Below, one piece after another: positions 47,402 to 56,820 of a stretch of DNA of 64,000 nt. The stretch's first letter is position 1; the number at the start of each line of letters is the position of its first letter. The DNA is taken from positions 271,631-335,630 of IMG/VR virus record IMGVR_UViG_3300042391_000634; one strand, written 5' to 3'. Under the pieces are notes generated by a model. It saw only the letters and a program-made list of their open reading frames with translations, ran no database searches and had not been told where the DNA came from. A program made the translations under genes and the position numbers.

Positions 47402-47912
47402 AGCAATATTCATAGATATCGACGGACCACTATCATATGGGACATGGGGAGATGGTAAAGTAAAAATAATGGAGGAAACCCCAACCGAATTTACAATACC
47501 CTATTCGTGGAATCAAGACGAGTGTGACGCGTTATGTGAAATCATTAAACAAACTGATGCAAGATTAGTGGTGTCATCTGATTGGAGAAAACACTATGGA
47601 TTTAACCAATTGATGATGATATTTGAACATTATGGTATTGGTAGATGGAATTTGTTAGATACCACATCACATTTTAACCCTCGTAAGAAAATGAGTTCAT
47701 CTAATGAATGGGATAGAGCGTGCGAAATTGAGACTTGGGTTAAGACATTCAAACCTACCAATTGGATTTCTATTGATGATATGCAATTAAACTTTGGATA
47801 TAAATCATTAGGTATTCCACAATTTCATCATGTCCAAGTTGATGGTGATTGGGGACAGGGTGGAAAATTAAAAAATAAAATTGATGAATGTATTAAAAAA
47901 TTAAACAGATAA
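47391..47912 (+). CDS. HAD-superfamily protein (Swiss-army-knife RNA-repair-like)
   Basis: FIDIDG, VVSSDWR, SIDD. Confidence 0.75.
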   Translation: MRGKAIFIDIDGPLSYGTWGDGKVKIMEETPTEFTIPYSWNQDECDALCEIIKQTDARLVVSSDWRKHYGFNQLMMIFEHYGIGRWNLLDTTSHFNPRKKMSSSNEWDRACEIETWVKTFKPTNWISIDDMQLNFGYKSLGIPQFHHVQVDGDWGQGGKLKNKIDECIKKLNR

Positions 47913-47915
47913 ATT

Positions 47916-48077
47916 ATGGGATACGTAATTGGTGTTGGTTGTAGTTTTGTTTTAGCGGCGATAGTTGCGTTCTTTTGGGTTAGAGGTATTGATTATATGA
48001 AGGAAAACCATCCAGATTATAAGGGAGATGACCTATTTGGTAAATTTGACGATGAAGATGAGAAACACATAGGATAA
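47916..48077 (+). CDS. 53-aa membrane-anchored protein
   Basis: Translated by hand: ...GIDYMKENHPDYKGDDLF.... Confidence 0.55.
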   Translation: MGYVIGVGCSFVLAAIVAFFWVRGIDYMKENHPDYKGDDLFGKFDDEDEKHIG

Positions 48078-48105
48078 AACAATAATTTGGGATATTTATA
48101 TTCGT

Positions 48106-49515
48106 ATGAAGAAAAGAACTTTAAAAGAGGAATTAGAGAGAATACATAGTATCACTTACGGTAAGAAAGTAATATTAGAGGACGATTTATTAACAAAACT
48201 AATACAGGGCGGTGACACGAATGCCATTAAACCAATAGACGATCCCACTAAAGCCGATTACGTTGATAATGATGTTTCAAAATTCCTTACCGATCTTAAA
48301 TCTATTAAACAACCAGTTAGTCAACAGAAATTAGGGTCCATGCAACATCAAAAAGAAGTGGAAACAGTTCAAATTGGGTTGGTTTTATTGGGTTATGAAT
48401 TACCGAGATTCGGGATTGATGGGTTATTTGGTCCTGAAACTGCAGAAGCGGTTAGAAAATATAAGACTGATAATAACATTATAAGTGAGGGAGCCATACC
48501 TGGTATTGATGAAATGGTATGGAACAAGATGCCATGGGGTATTGATGCTGGTAATAAAAAAGACGGTTTAAAGTGGTCAAATCACGATACACATATTCAT
48601 TTTGGGTTTACTGACGCTCAGGTTGCTGTTAAAGTAATGGAAAAGGCTTTATCGTTAGGTTTACATGCGGGTGAAAATCCGTATACGTCTAAAGTTAACC
48701 CTGTACACGTTAATAATAGTCACCATTACGAAACATTTAGTCAAACTGTTAACGGTAAAAAAGTAGGTGGAGGTTTAGATGTTAGTGGTAATGCGGATAA
48801 AATGGAAGAATTGTTTAATTGGGTATCGACCGAAATAGGTAGTGGAGAGTCGGTTACCATGAGTGGTGAATTAGATACTAACACTGACGAAAGTGCGGTA
48901 GAATCAGTTACACCTGAGATGGCTCAATCAATGGCGTCTAAATTAGAATTAAAGGGTGTAACTAAAGAACAATTAAGTCAATTAATAGATAAAGTTACAA
49001 CAGGAGGAAGTGACGTTTTTACAGATTTAGATTTAATGACAGAAGATGGTTATAAGATGTACACTAGAATATGTGATATATTTATAAAATTAAGAAACCC
49101 TAATTTATTGAATATCACAGGTGATATGATGGCTTCAAGTGCTAAAAGAACATTTGAAAAACGTAACAAATATATTCCACCTGAATTGGCTTTAGGTCAA
49201 TTAGCGGCTGAAGGAGGTATAGGAAACCCTGATTCAAATGTCCTACCAATAAAAACTAAAAACCCATTCAACGTGGGAAATACCGATGACGGAGCTACGG
49301 TAAACCATAGTTCAGTTCAATCAGGAATTGATGCATATTACGATTTAATTGCTAGAGATTATATAGGTAAAGGTAAAACCGCACAAGACTTAATTTATAA
49401 TTTTGTTAACCATAATAATCTAAGATATGCAGGTGCACCAAACTATGAAAAGGTGGTCGCTTCTATCGCAAAACAAGTAAATAAAATTGCCAAAAGTTTA
49501 GGAACAAATTCGTAA
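48106..49515 (+). CDS. peptidoglycan-binding domain + putative peptidase + lysozyme/glucosaminidase-like hydrolase
   Basis: GIDGLFGPETAEAV; His-rich middle region; ELALGQLAAEGG...NPFNVG...YA; late motif at 48093. Confidence 0.68.
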   Translation: MKKRTLKEELERIHSITYGKKVILEDDLLTKLIQGGDTNAIKPIDDPTKADYVDNDVSKFLTDLKSIKQPVSQQKLGSMQHQKEVETVQIGLVLLGYELPRFGIDGLFGPETAEAVRKYKTDNNIISEGAIPGIDEMVWNKMPWGIDAGNKKDGLKWSNHDTHIHFGFTDAQVAVKVMEKALSLGLHAGENPYTSKVNPVHVNNSHHYETFSQTVNGKKVGGGLDVSGNADKMEELFNWVSTEIGSGESVTMSGELDTNTDESAVESVTPEMAQSMASKLELKGVTKEQLSQLIDKVTTGGSDVFTDLDLMTEDGYKMYTRICDIFIKLRNPNLLNITGDMMASSAKRTFEKRNKYIPPELALGQLAAEGGIGNPDSNVLPIKTKNPFNVGNTDDGATVNHSSVQSGIDAYYDLIARDYIGKGKTAQDLIYNFVNHNNLRYAGAPNYEKVVASIAKQVNKIAKSLGTNS

Positions 49516-49569
49516 AATATTTCGTAATATCAAAAAAGAAGTTTAGATTTATATTCTAAACTTTTTTTT

Positions 49570-49959
49570 ATGCCAAATGAAACTTGTATTATCTGTGGAA
49601 AAGAAACTAATGTCGATTTAAACACACATATCGATTTAAGATATGGTTACGTTGAAGGAGCTGGTCAATGTTGTAGAGAGTGTTATGATAGAACATATAA
49701 CAAATCATCTGAAGATTATATCACAACAGTAATGAAAAATAGAACAACATTAATTACAATATCGGCGGAAGATATTTTAAATACACCCAATGACCAAGAA
49801 CTTGGGGCGAAGGTTAGACAGAAATATTGGGAATTAACCAAAGAAACCCCAACCCCACAAATGATTTGTAGTTATTGTGGTCGAGATACATCTGAAATTG
49901 ATTATGATTATTTAGTTAATACCGATCATTTGGAATGTATATTAAAAATGAATCCATAA
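49570..49959 (+). CDS. zinc-ribbon hypothetical protein
   Basis: CIICG, YVEGAGQCCREC, CSYC. Confidence 0.6.
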   Translation: MPNETCIICGKETNVDLNTHIDLRYGYVEGAGQCCRECYDRTYNKSSEDYITTVMKNRTTLITISAEDILNTPNDQELGAKVRQKYWELTKETPTPQMICSYCGRDTSEIDYDYLVNTDHLECILKMNP

Positions 49960-50001
49960 GTCATAAACGGAGTATTTATATACACATAGAAGTATACTCA
50001 A

Positions 50002-51237
50002 ATGAAAGAAATATCAAAGAAAGACTTATTAGTTCAATTAATGGAACAATCTGATGTAGATGAAATGGCCTATAACCAAAAGGGAACACAGGACACATCT
50101 AACAAACTTGCAGCATTCAGACCTATTTTTAAACCAGGGAATACTACAAATATACCCGATGGATGGGAACTTAAAAAAATAAATACGGTTGAAGACCCTG
50201 ACACAGGTGAAAAGAAAAAAGAACTTGTTCCAAATAGTGAACGTATTTGGATTCCATTAGACGGAGTTGAGTTGGAAGCATTTAAAGAAGCAAACAAAAG
50301 TTGGTTAGATAGTTTAAGTGATAGTCACGGTATGGCTCCTGAATTGGTGGCAACCAAAAGACTTAAAGACCAACCAAGAAACGCTAAGGCGGGAACATCT
50401 TACCAACATTCTGGTAACGTTAAACCGTCAACAACCAAGATTAAAATAGAACTTAACCGTTTAGTTGATGAGTATTTGGGTAATCCTGATGTGTCAGCAC
50501 GTTTAGAAAGATTAAGTATTCCTGAGGTTAAATCAAGGGATAGAAAACATTTAAATAGATATGGTAGAGTAGATAATGACCAAATCAATTATCAAACACA
50601 CACATTTAATTCTTATTTATCATCAACTCAATTCTTAAAGTTTGTTATGTCAAGAATTGGCGGTAAGAAATTGGATGACCCATATAAATCATATCACTTG
50701 GCTCGTCAATTCAACCAAAACTATATGAATTGGGAAGAAACGAGAAAGAATAACAAACAATATCAAGGAAAGACACCAGCTTATATGTTGGATGCATATG
50801 GTTTTGATGAGGAGAACTTGGATGTGACAGTTAGAATGGATTTATCAGTTAAAGGACAATTACTTGATAATCAATACCTATGGACCATTAGATTTAAAAC
50901 TAAATTCGGTAGAAAACTTAAGGAAGACAGATGGGTTAGTAATGGTTTAGAGTTGGATAAAGATGAGACCATCAGAAAGACGGCACAACTTGAACCAGGA
51001 ACTCAATTTGACGATAGAATGACTGTAATGGATAGTTTACCTATCAAGACATCATTAATTGAAGCCTTGGACGAATTAAGAGATAAAATTATGACTGAAT
51101 ATAAACCAGTTGAAATGTTGAAGAAGGCTAACGTTAAACAATACGATATTACAAAAAAACCTACAGTAAACGAAGGTATTGAAATTGCCAAACAAGTTAT
51201 TAAGAAAATTAATAATATAAAGAAACTTAAAAAATAA
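50002..51237 (+). CDS. hypothetical late (possible head-internal) protein
   Basis: TATTTATA at 49973; N-terminal ISKKDLLVQLME. Confidence 0.55.
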   Translation: MKEISKKDLLVQLMEQSDVDEMAYNQKGTQDTSNKLAAFRPIFKPGNTTNIPDGWELKKINTVEDPDTGEKKKELVPNSERIWIPLDGVELEAFKEANKSWLDSLSDSHGMAPELVATKRLKDQPRNAKAGTSYQHSGNVKPSTTKIKIELNRLVDEYLGNPDVSARLERLSIPEVKSRDRKHLNRYGRVDNDQINYQTHTFNSYLSSTQFLKFVMSRIGGKKLDDPYKSYHLARQFNQNYMNWEETRKNNKQYQGKTPAYMLDAYGFDEENLDVTVRMDLSVKGQLLDNQYLWTIRFKTKFGRKLKEDRWVSNGLELDKDETIRKTAQLEPGTQFDDRMTVMDSLPIKTSLIEALDELRDKIMTEYKPVEMLKKANVKQYDITKKPTVNEGIEIAKQVIKKINNIKKLKK

Positions 51238-51291
51238 AGAGCCCATCCTTGGATAGTATTCTTGGATTGACACACGTACGTGTTTCGCCCT

Positions 51292-51322
51292 AATCCTCAC
51301 AGAAATGTGGGGATTTTTTTTT
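51292..51322 (+). terminator. intrinsic terminator
   Basis: AATCCTCACA-GAAA-TGTGGGGATT followed by a T tract. Confidence 0.8.
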
Positions 51323-51329
51323 GTGATAT

Positions 51330-51360
51330 TTTGTGATATCAAAAACATTTAATATCTTTG
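51330..51360 (+). promoter_or_regulatory. Bacteroidota sigma70-type promoter
   Basis: TTTG-N19-TATCTTTG. Confidence 0.65.
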
Positions 51361-51365
51361 TTGGT

Positions 51366-51773
51366 ATGAATATATTACTATTAATCTTTATAATATTGGT
51401 TTGGGCAACCTCATCTGTTTATGTGATGTATTATCATAATAAACATTACACATTAGGTTTGGATATGGTAATAGGTGCAATATTGTTAGGACCAATATTA
51501 GCTTTAATAGTAGGAAAGGATGTTGAGGAGAAGAAGAAATATTATGGGGTAATGGAACGGGAGAATAACAATCAACATAGAGGATGGTTTAGAACAATGT
51601 CAGAAATTAATAGACAACGAATGACAAGTTTTGGTAGAACTATTCCACCTCCACCACCAATATCACGAGTAGAACGAGCACAATCAGAAAGAGAAACGGC
51701 AATTAGGTCTGCAATAGAAAGAATAGATAAAAATAAATTAAAAGACTTTAAATTTTTGAGCGGTGGTAAGTAA
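51366..51773 (+). CDS. membrane protein
   Basis: Two hydrophobic helices and PPPPP; start moved to ATG 51366. Confidence 0.55.
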   Translation: MNILLLIFIILVWATSSVYVMYYHNKHYTLGLDMVIGAILLGPILALIVGKDVEEKKKYYGVMERENNNQHRGWFRTMSEINRQRMTSFGRTIPPPPPISRVERAQSERETAIRSAIERIDKNKLKDFKFLSGGK

Positions 51774-51987
51774 ATTCAAGTTCTTCCAAAAGAACATATA
51801 TAAAGATAGATGTAGATTACAAATTGGTTCCACATTTATTTCCCGTGGATACTATTGTATTGTAACCAAAGTATCCCCCAATCATTTTACTTATATTATT
51901 CAAGAGACTGGAATGACTGGTTATATGAATTACCAACATTATTTAACCACACCATCAGCAGCAGGAAGACAATTAAATAGAATATAA
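51763..51987 (+). CDS. hypothetical protein (N-terminal FKFF)
   Basis: GTG start; coupled to the next gene. Confidence 0.5.
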   Translation: MVSKFKFFQKNIYKDRCRLQIGSTFISRGYYCIVTKVSPNHFTYIIQETGMTGYMNYQHYLTTPSAAGRQLNRI

Positions 51988-52640
51988 TGTTAAAGATACC
52001 GAACGATAGAAAAGTATGGGTGACTTCGGACACACACTATTCACACACAAACATATGTCGTGGAATAACTAATTGGAGATTACCTAATGGTGATGTACCG
52101 GAAAAACAAACACGCCCATTTGAAACATTGGATAAGATGAATGCATCAATTGTTAATAACATCAATGAGGTTGTCGGACAGGATGATTTGTTGATACACT
52201 TTGGTGATTGGAGTTTTGGTGGATTTGAAAACATTGAAGAACTTCGTAATAGAATATGGTGTAAAGAGATTCATTTAATTTATGGGAACCACGACCACCA
52301 TCTGGTTAACAATAGAGATAACTGTCAGAAATTATTCACATCAACACAGTGGTTCCTACAATTGAACTATATGGGTGAGACAATGGAATGTATGCACTTT
52401 CCTATCCTGTCATGGAATGGACTGGGTAAGGGTCGTATACACCTTCACGGACATTCTCACCTTAGTAATGAAAAGAAAATATCATTTAGGAGAATGGATG
52501 TTGGTATGGATGGACATCCTGAATTTAGACCTTATGATTTACATAGGGAGATATTAAACCCAATGAAGAAACAACCGATAGGTTCCGAACTTGGAGATGA
52601 TGAACATCATGTTGATGGATTGAAAAATGTTATTGGATAA
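51987..52640 (+). CDS. calcineurin-like metallophosphoesterase
   Basis: SDTHY, HFGDW, GNHD, HGHSH, DVGMD. Confidence 0.9.
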   Translation: MLKIPNDRKVWVTSDTHYSHTNICRGITNWRLPNGDVPEKQTRPFETLDKMNASIVNNINEVVGQDDLLIHFGDWSFGGFENIEELRNRIWCKEIHLIYGNHDHHLVNNRDNCQKLFTSTQWFLQLNYMGETMECMHFPILSWNGLGKGRIHLHGHSHLSNEKKISFRRMDVGMDGHPEFRPYDLHREILNPMKKQPIGSELGDDEHHVDGLKNVIG

Positions 52641-52676
52641 TTTCTTTCTTTCAAAATATTTTCTTATATTTTGAAT

Positions 52677-52919
52677 ATGAATTTAGAAGAAATAATTGAA
52701 ATGTTTCCCGAAGAGGAGTTCTTAACCGCAGATGGTTTTGATAGTGCCATAGTTGGTGTCGAACCAAATACAATGAGATTGGTATATAGTCGTGATAAAA
52801 TGATTGGTATACTAATTGAAGATGAGGAGATGGAAGAGATTGATGCGATTGAATATCTTGAGTTTAACACTTGGAATGCTTATGTTGGTGAGAAGACGCC
52901 AATTTTTATTGAAATTTAA
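52677..52919 (+). CDS. conserved phage hypothetical protein
   Basis: ADGFDSAIVG...EYLEFN...YVGEKTPIF. Confidence 0.65.
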   Translation: MNLEEIIEMFPEEEFLTADGFDSAIVGVEPNTMRLVYSRDKMIGILIEDEEMEEIDAIEYLEFNTWNAYVGEKTPIFIEI

Positions 52920-52930
52920 AATTATATTAT

Positions 52931-53215
52931 ATGATGTTATTTGTGGTTATTTTATTAGTAATTTTTGTTGTAGTACCAGGTGTCATTTTTTTTAAGATGG
53001 AGATAGGGATAACAAACGATAGACTACTATGGTTAGAAGAAAGATTAACTAAGTTAGAAAAGGATGCGGTTAAGATTACATTTACCCCAAAACCAAATCC
53101 AAAACAATTTGATGGAGTTAAAAGTGAAGAACCGTTTGTGAAAACTAGAACCAAACGTAAACCCAAATCAGTAAAAGATTGGGAAGACCAATTTGACTTA
53201 GGTGGACATGAATAA
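52931..53215 (+). CDS. membrane-anchored hypothetical protein
   Basis: N-terminal transmembrane helix. Confidence 0.55.
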   Translation: MMLFVVILLVIFVVVPGVIFFKMEIGITNDRLLWLEERLTKLEKDAVKITFTPKPNPKQFDGVKSEEPFVKTRTKRKPKSVKDWEDQFDLGGHE

Positions 53216-53250
53216 ATGGATTTACTCTATATTTATATAAAAAGAACATT

Positions 53251-53466
53251 ATGTCAAAAGTAGTAAAAATTAAACAATCTGATATCGAAAGTATTGTTGA
53301 AAATATAGTATCGGGTCAAATGGACCAAGAAAACTCAATTGCAAAGGAAGAAACCACAGAAGATATTGATAATCAAAGTGGTGAGAAATTTATGGTAGCT
53401 AAAAGTGAAGACGGTAAGTTTGCGGTAATCAACATTAAAACAGGTGAAGTTTTAGGAATGAAATAA
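53251..53466 (+). CDS. small late protein
   Basis: TATTTATA at 53230; KVVKIKQSDIESIVE. Confidence 0.55.
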   Translation: MSKVVKIKQSDIESIVENIVSGQMDQENSIAKEETTEDIDNQSGEKFMVAKSEDGKFAVINIKTGEVLGMK

Positions 53467-53486
53467 AGAATATAGAGTTTTATACC

Positions 53487-53512
53487 AACCCCAAAGAAAT
53501 TTGGGGTTTTTT
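53487..53512 (+). terminator. intrinsic terminator
   Basis: AACCCCAAA-GAAA-TTTGGGGTT followed by a T tract. Confidence 0.82.
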
Positions 53513-53523
53513 ATTGCTATTTT

Positions 53524-53555
53524 TTTGGATATTCGAATTAATTTATCTACCTTTG
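53524..53555 (+). promoter_or_regulatory. Bacteroidota sigma70-type promoter
   Basis: TTTG-N20-TACCTTTG, ending 4 nt before the ATG. Confidence 0.65.
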
Positions 53556-53559
53556 TTGT

Positions 53560-53880
53560 ATGAGTTATATAATAGGTAGTAAGTGTGTTAGTTGTATTGA
53601 TGGATCTTGTTTAAAGGTCTGTCCAGTCGATTGTATCAACGGACCTATTGATGTAAAAGGTATGGGTAAAGAACTTGAAACGATGACCAAAGAAGATTAC
53701 ATTGGGAAACAACTATATATTAACCCTGATGTATGTATTGATTGTGGCGCGTGTGTTCCTGAATGTCCTGTGGATGCTATTCACCCAACTGAAGAATGGG
53801 CAATTAAGGATGGTGAGTTAGAGTATGTACATAAGAACTATGAATTTTACGGACAAACATACAACCCCAAAATAAAATGA
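53560..53880 (+). CDS. dicluster ferredoxin (FdxA-like)
   Basis: [34 protein letters not shown]. Confidence 0.92.
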   Translation: MSYIIGSKCVSCIDGSCLKVCPVDCINGPIDVKGMGKELETMTKEDYIGKQLYINPDVCIDCGACVPECPVDAIHPTEEWAIKDGELEYVHKNYEFYGQTYNPKIK

Positions 53881-54080
53881 AACCACTAACTTACTACAAA
53901 GGACCTGAGATATTTTGGTTCCGAATCTTTGGTTATGGACTATCCTTTAGGTCTTTTAGACACGGACATGTACCGTTCTCAATACGGTATGGTTATCGTA
54001 AAACCTATAAACTTTTTGGTTATAGAGTTGAATTTCTTAAAAAAGATAAAATTAAATACTATGGACGCAGACAGTTTTAA
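53877..54080 (+). CDS. hypothetical basic/aromatic protein
   Basis: ATGA-coupled ORF. Confidence 0.5.
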   Translation: MKPLTYYKGPEIFWFRIFGYGLSFRSFRHGHVPFSIRYGYRKTYKLFGYRVEFLKKDKIKYYGRRQF

Positions 54081-54351
54081 TCAAAAGTATAAAGAATACA
54101 TACCAAATGATTGGTATGGTTTAGGGTTTAACATTCCTGAAGTAACTGATTACTTGGATAAAATAATGGAAGAATTAATTTTAATACCAGGATTTGAACT
54201 TCACCAAATTAAATTAAAATTTAATACGGCGAGATTTTATTTTGAAACTAATTGGAAAGATAAGAATTTAGAATTAGCCCTACAGAATAAAATCGAAGAC
54301 AAAATAAACGAATTAGTAAAAGAACACGACGAAAAAAAGAACTCATTATGA
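54061..54351 (+). CDS. hypothetical protein (QIKxKF..RFY family)
   Basis: Start moved to ATG 54061. Confidence 0.5.
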   Translation: MDADSFNQKYKEYIPNDWYGLGFNIPEVTDYLDKIMEELILIPGFELHQIKLKFNTARFYFETNWKDKNLELALQNKIEDKINELVKEHDEKKNSL

Positions 54352-54992
54352 TATACATCAGCATAGATATTGAAACCAGCGGTTTAGACCACGAGAAACA
54401 CAAAGTATTATCTATCGGTGCCATCATCGAAGATACCGAAAAGAAATTACCATACGAAGAATGTCCTAAGTTCAATGCAATTGTTCTTCAAAATGAAATA
54501 ACAGGTTCACCGAGAGCACTAACAATGAACAAAGATTTAATTGCAATGATAGGTGAATACTTGGAGGGTAGTGATGATATTAGATTTAATATGGATACCA
54601 TTCTTAATTATTCTTTTTATAAACAAGATGATGTTGTAAAAAAGTTTTACGAGTTCCTTTGGGTAAATGGATATGGTGACGCAATACCAAATCAATTATT
54701 GGTTACATCGAGAATTGATTCAAACTCAAAACCAATTACAATTAATGTTGCAGGTAAAAACTTTGGGACATTTGATAAGTTATTTTTACAAGAATTACCT
54801 TGGTGGCAAAAACTAATCAGAACTCGTCAAAGAGTGTTGGACCCCGCAATCTTAATGGTTGATTGGAAGAACGATAAGTCCTTACCAAACTTAACACAAT
54901 GTAAAGAACGTGCAGGTATTAATGGTATTGTGACACACGATGCACTTGAGGATGCGTGGGACGTTATTGAAGTAATGAGAAAATTTTATTAA
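54348..54992 (+). CDS. DEDDh 3'-5' exonuclease
   Basis: IDIETSG, N.GTFD, HDALEDA. Confidence 0.82.
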   Translation: MIYISIDIETSGLDHEKHKVLSIGAIIEDTEKKLPYEECPKFNAIVLQNEITGSPRALTMNKDLIAMIGEYLEGSDDIRFNMDTILNYSFYKQDDVVKKFYEFLWVNGYGDAIPNQLLVTSRIDSNSKPITINVAGKNFGTFDKLFLQELPWWQKLIRTRQRVLDPAILMVDWKNDKSLPNLTQCKERAGINGIVTHDALEDAWDVIEVMRKFY

Positions 54993-54995
54993 AAT

Positions 54996-55145
54996 ATGAA
55001 AAAATACGAATACCTATCAAGACCATTACAAACTACCGAACATCTTAACATTTTAGGTCAAGAAGGTTGGGAACTAGTATGTATAAATCAAAACATCTTT
55101 ATCTTTAAGAGAGAGATTGTTGAAGAAAAAACTAAAAAGAAATAA
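54996..55145 (+). CDS. DUF4177-like small protein
   Basis: Translated by hand: YEY...LNILGQEGWELV...FKRE. Confidence 0.65.
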   Translation: MKKYEYLSRPLQTTEHLNILGQEGWELVCINQNIFIFKREIVEEKTKKK

Positions 55146-55146
55146 T

Positions 55147-55392
55147 ATGGCAAAGGCAACATTAGAGTTTGATTTAAATGATTCCGATGATATGATAGCA
55201 CATCTAAGAGCGGTCAAGTCTTTAGATATGGCGATGGCTTTATGGGAAATTGTACATAACACTAAAAAAGGTTTAGAATGGTCAATGGAAGACAAAGAAA
55301 TTGACAAATATGATGCTTTGGAATTGGTGTATAAAAAGATACATGAAATCTTAGATGACCATAACATTAATACAGATGAATTAATTAACTAA
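55147..55392 (+). CDS. conserved phage hypothetical protein
   Basis: MAKATLEFDL.... Confidence 0.6.
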   Translation: MAKATLEFDLNDSDDMIAHLRAVKSLDMAMALWEIVHNTKKGLEWSMEDKEIDKYDALELVYKKIHEILDDHNINTDELIN

Positions 55393-55444
55393 AATTTGGA
55401 ATTACAAATAAAAATATTTATATTTTAGAATAAAACTATACACC

Positions 55445-56506
55445 ATGTCAAGAATTAAAGATTTAAGAACTAATGAAGATTACAACCTAAACATCGTTTC
55501 TATTTTAGAAATGTTTAGTCCTGAAAGTAAATCAAAATATACGGAGACATTACTTCGTATGATGAAGAACACACCAAACCTAAAAGAACACACCAAAGAA
55601 ATTAAATTGTTCTTAGTTGATAAGTTTCCATTTATAGAAAAAAGTAAATTAGATTTGATGAGTGACATCCAAATGATGTTATTATATAAGTTTATCGATG
55701 GATTTTTTAATACAGAAGATTTACAGAAATATAGAAAGTTCTGTGAATACAACGAAAGAAATTTAATTGAAGAAAATGATTTAACAAAATACAAATCATT
55801 TGAACAGATGATAGCAGCAATGGGTGTTGCCGAAATGAAATCTGAAGAGAAAGAATTAGAAACACAAGTTATTAAAATACATGAAGATGCTGAGTGGTTA
55901 TTGATTAGACCTTTAACATTCAAATCATCTTGTAAGTATGGTGCAAATACTAAATGGTGCACAACTACAGAACACAATCAAGAATACTATAACAAATACG
56001 CTAAGAGAGGTGTGTTAGTTTATTGTATTAACAAGAAAAATGGATATAAGGTTGCTGCGTTTTATTCATTAGATAAAAACGAACCGGAGTTTTCATATTG
56101 GAATCAAAAGGATACTCGTATCGATTCAACTGATTCACAATTACCGTTAGAATTAATTGGTTTTATTCGTGATTACGTTAAAGACCCTAAAGTAAAATCA
56201 AATACGGCAATGTTAACTGGTGATGCTAAGAAGAAAGAGTTGGCACAATCAAATAATAAAAGAGGTAATGCGATTAGTGAGAGAGTTGCGTCAGCGGTAA
56301 GAAGAGCACAAGAAGAGATTGAAGTATCTGAACCGATGGCAATGGAAGAATCCGTAATGGAACAACCTGAATTACCATTTTATGACCAAAGAAGCGATGA
56401 AACGGAGGAGGAAGGACCAACAATATGTTACCAACCCGAACAACCTGAAAGTTCTTTAGATAGAATGCAATGGTCATCAACTACCACTACATCAGAAACT
56501 GAATAA
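55445..56506 (+). CDS. hypothetical protein (YGxxTKWCTT motif)
   Basis: 353-aa ORF with an acidic tail. Confidence 0.6.
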   Translation: MSRIKDLRTNEDYNLNIVSILEMFSPESKSKYTETLLRMMKNTPNLKEHTKEIKLFLVDKFPFIEKSKLDLMSDIQMMLLYKFIDGFFNTEDLQKYRKFCEYNERNLIEENDLTKYKSFEQMIAAMGVAEMKSEEKELETQVIKIHEDAEWLLIRPLTFKSSCKYGANTKWCTTTEHNQEYYNKYAKRGVLVYCINKKNGYKVAAFYSLDKNEPEFSYWNQKDTRIDSTDSQLPLELIGFIRDYVKDPKVKSNTAMLTGDAKKKELAQSNNKRGNAISERVASAVRRAQEEIEVSEPMAMEESVMEQPELPFYDQRSDETEEEGPTICYQPEQPESSLDRMQWSSTTTTSETE

Positions 56507-56531
56507 AGAATAAATTGAGATATTTATAGGT

Positions 56532-56765
56532 ATGAATGTAATTATCACTGAAAATCAGTATGTTAGATTGGTTGAAAACTATTGGGATAGGGAAAAACTA
56601 TATGATAGGAAGAAAATAGTCGAAAGATTAAAAAAAGGACCATCATATATAAAACAATATATTAAAAAATTACCTCATATAGAAATGCAAGACGATCAGG
56701 GTAATATCCTGATTGCAACCAAAATACCTCAAACTATTTACCAATATCTATTTGGTAATTTTTAA
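56532..56765 (+). CDS. small late protein
   Basis: TATTTATA at 56521; MNVIITENQYVRLVE. Confidence 0.55.
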   Translation: MNVIITENQYVRLVENYWDREKLYDRKKIVERLKKGPSYIKQYIKKLPHIEMQDDQGNILIATKIPQTIYQYLFGNF

Positions 56766-56772
56766 AACATTT

Positions 56773-56803
56773 TTTGGAATATCCTAAAAATACACTATCT
56801 TTG
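56773..56803 (+). promoter_or_regulatory. Bacteroidota sigma70-type promoter
   Basis: TTTG-N19-TATCTTTG. Confidence 0.65.
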
Positions 56804-56820
56804 AACTCTAAATTAAAAAT

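Noticed and set aside
55480-55977. 165-aa minus-strand ORF and the other short antisense ORFs in the track (e.g. 2851, 12815, 20115, 42646, 51003, 59516)
   Set aside because: They overlap well-supported genes on the opposite strand and have no motifs.
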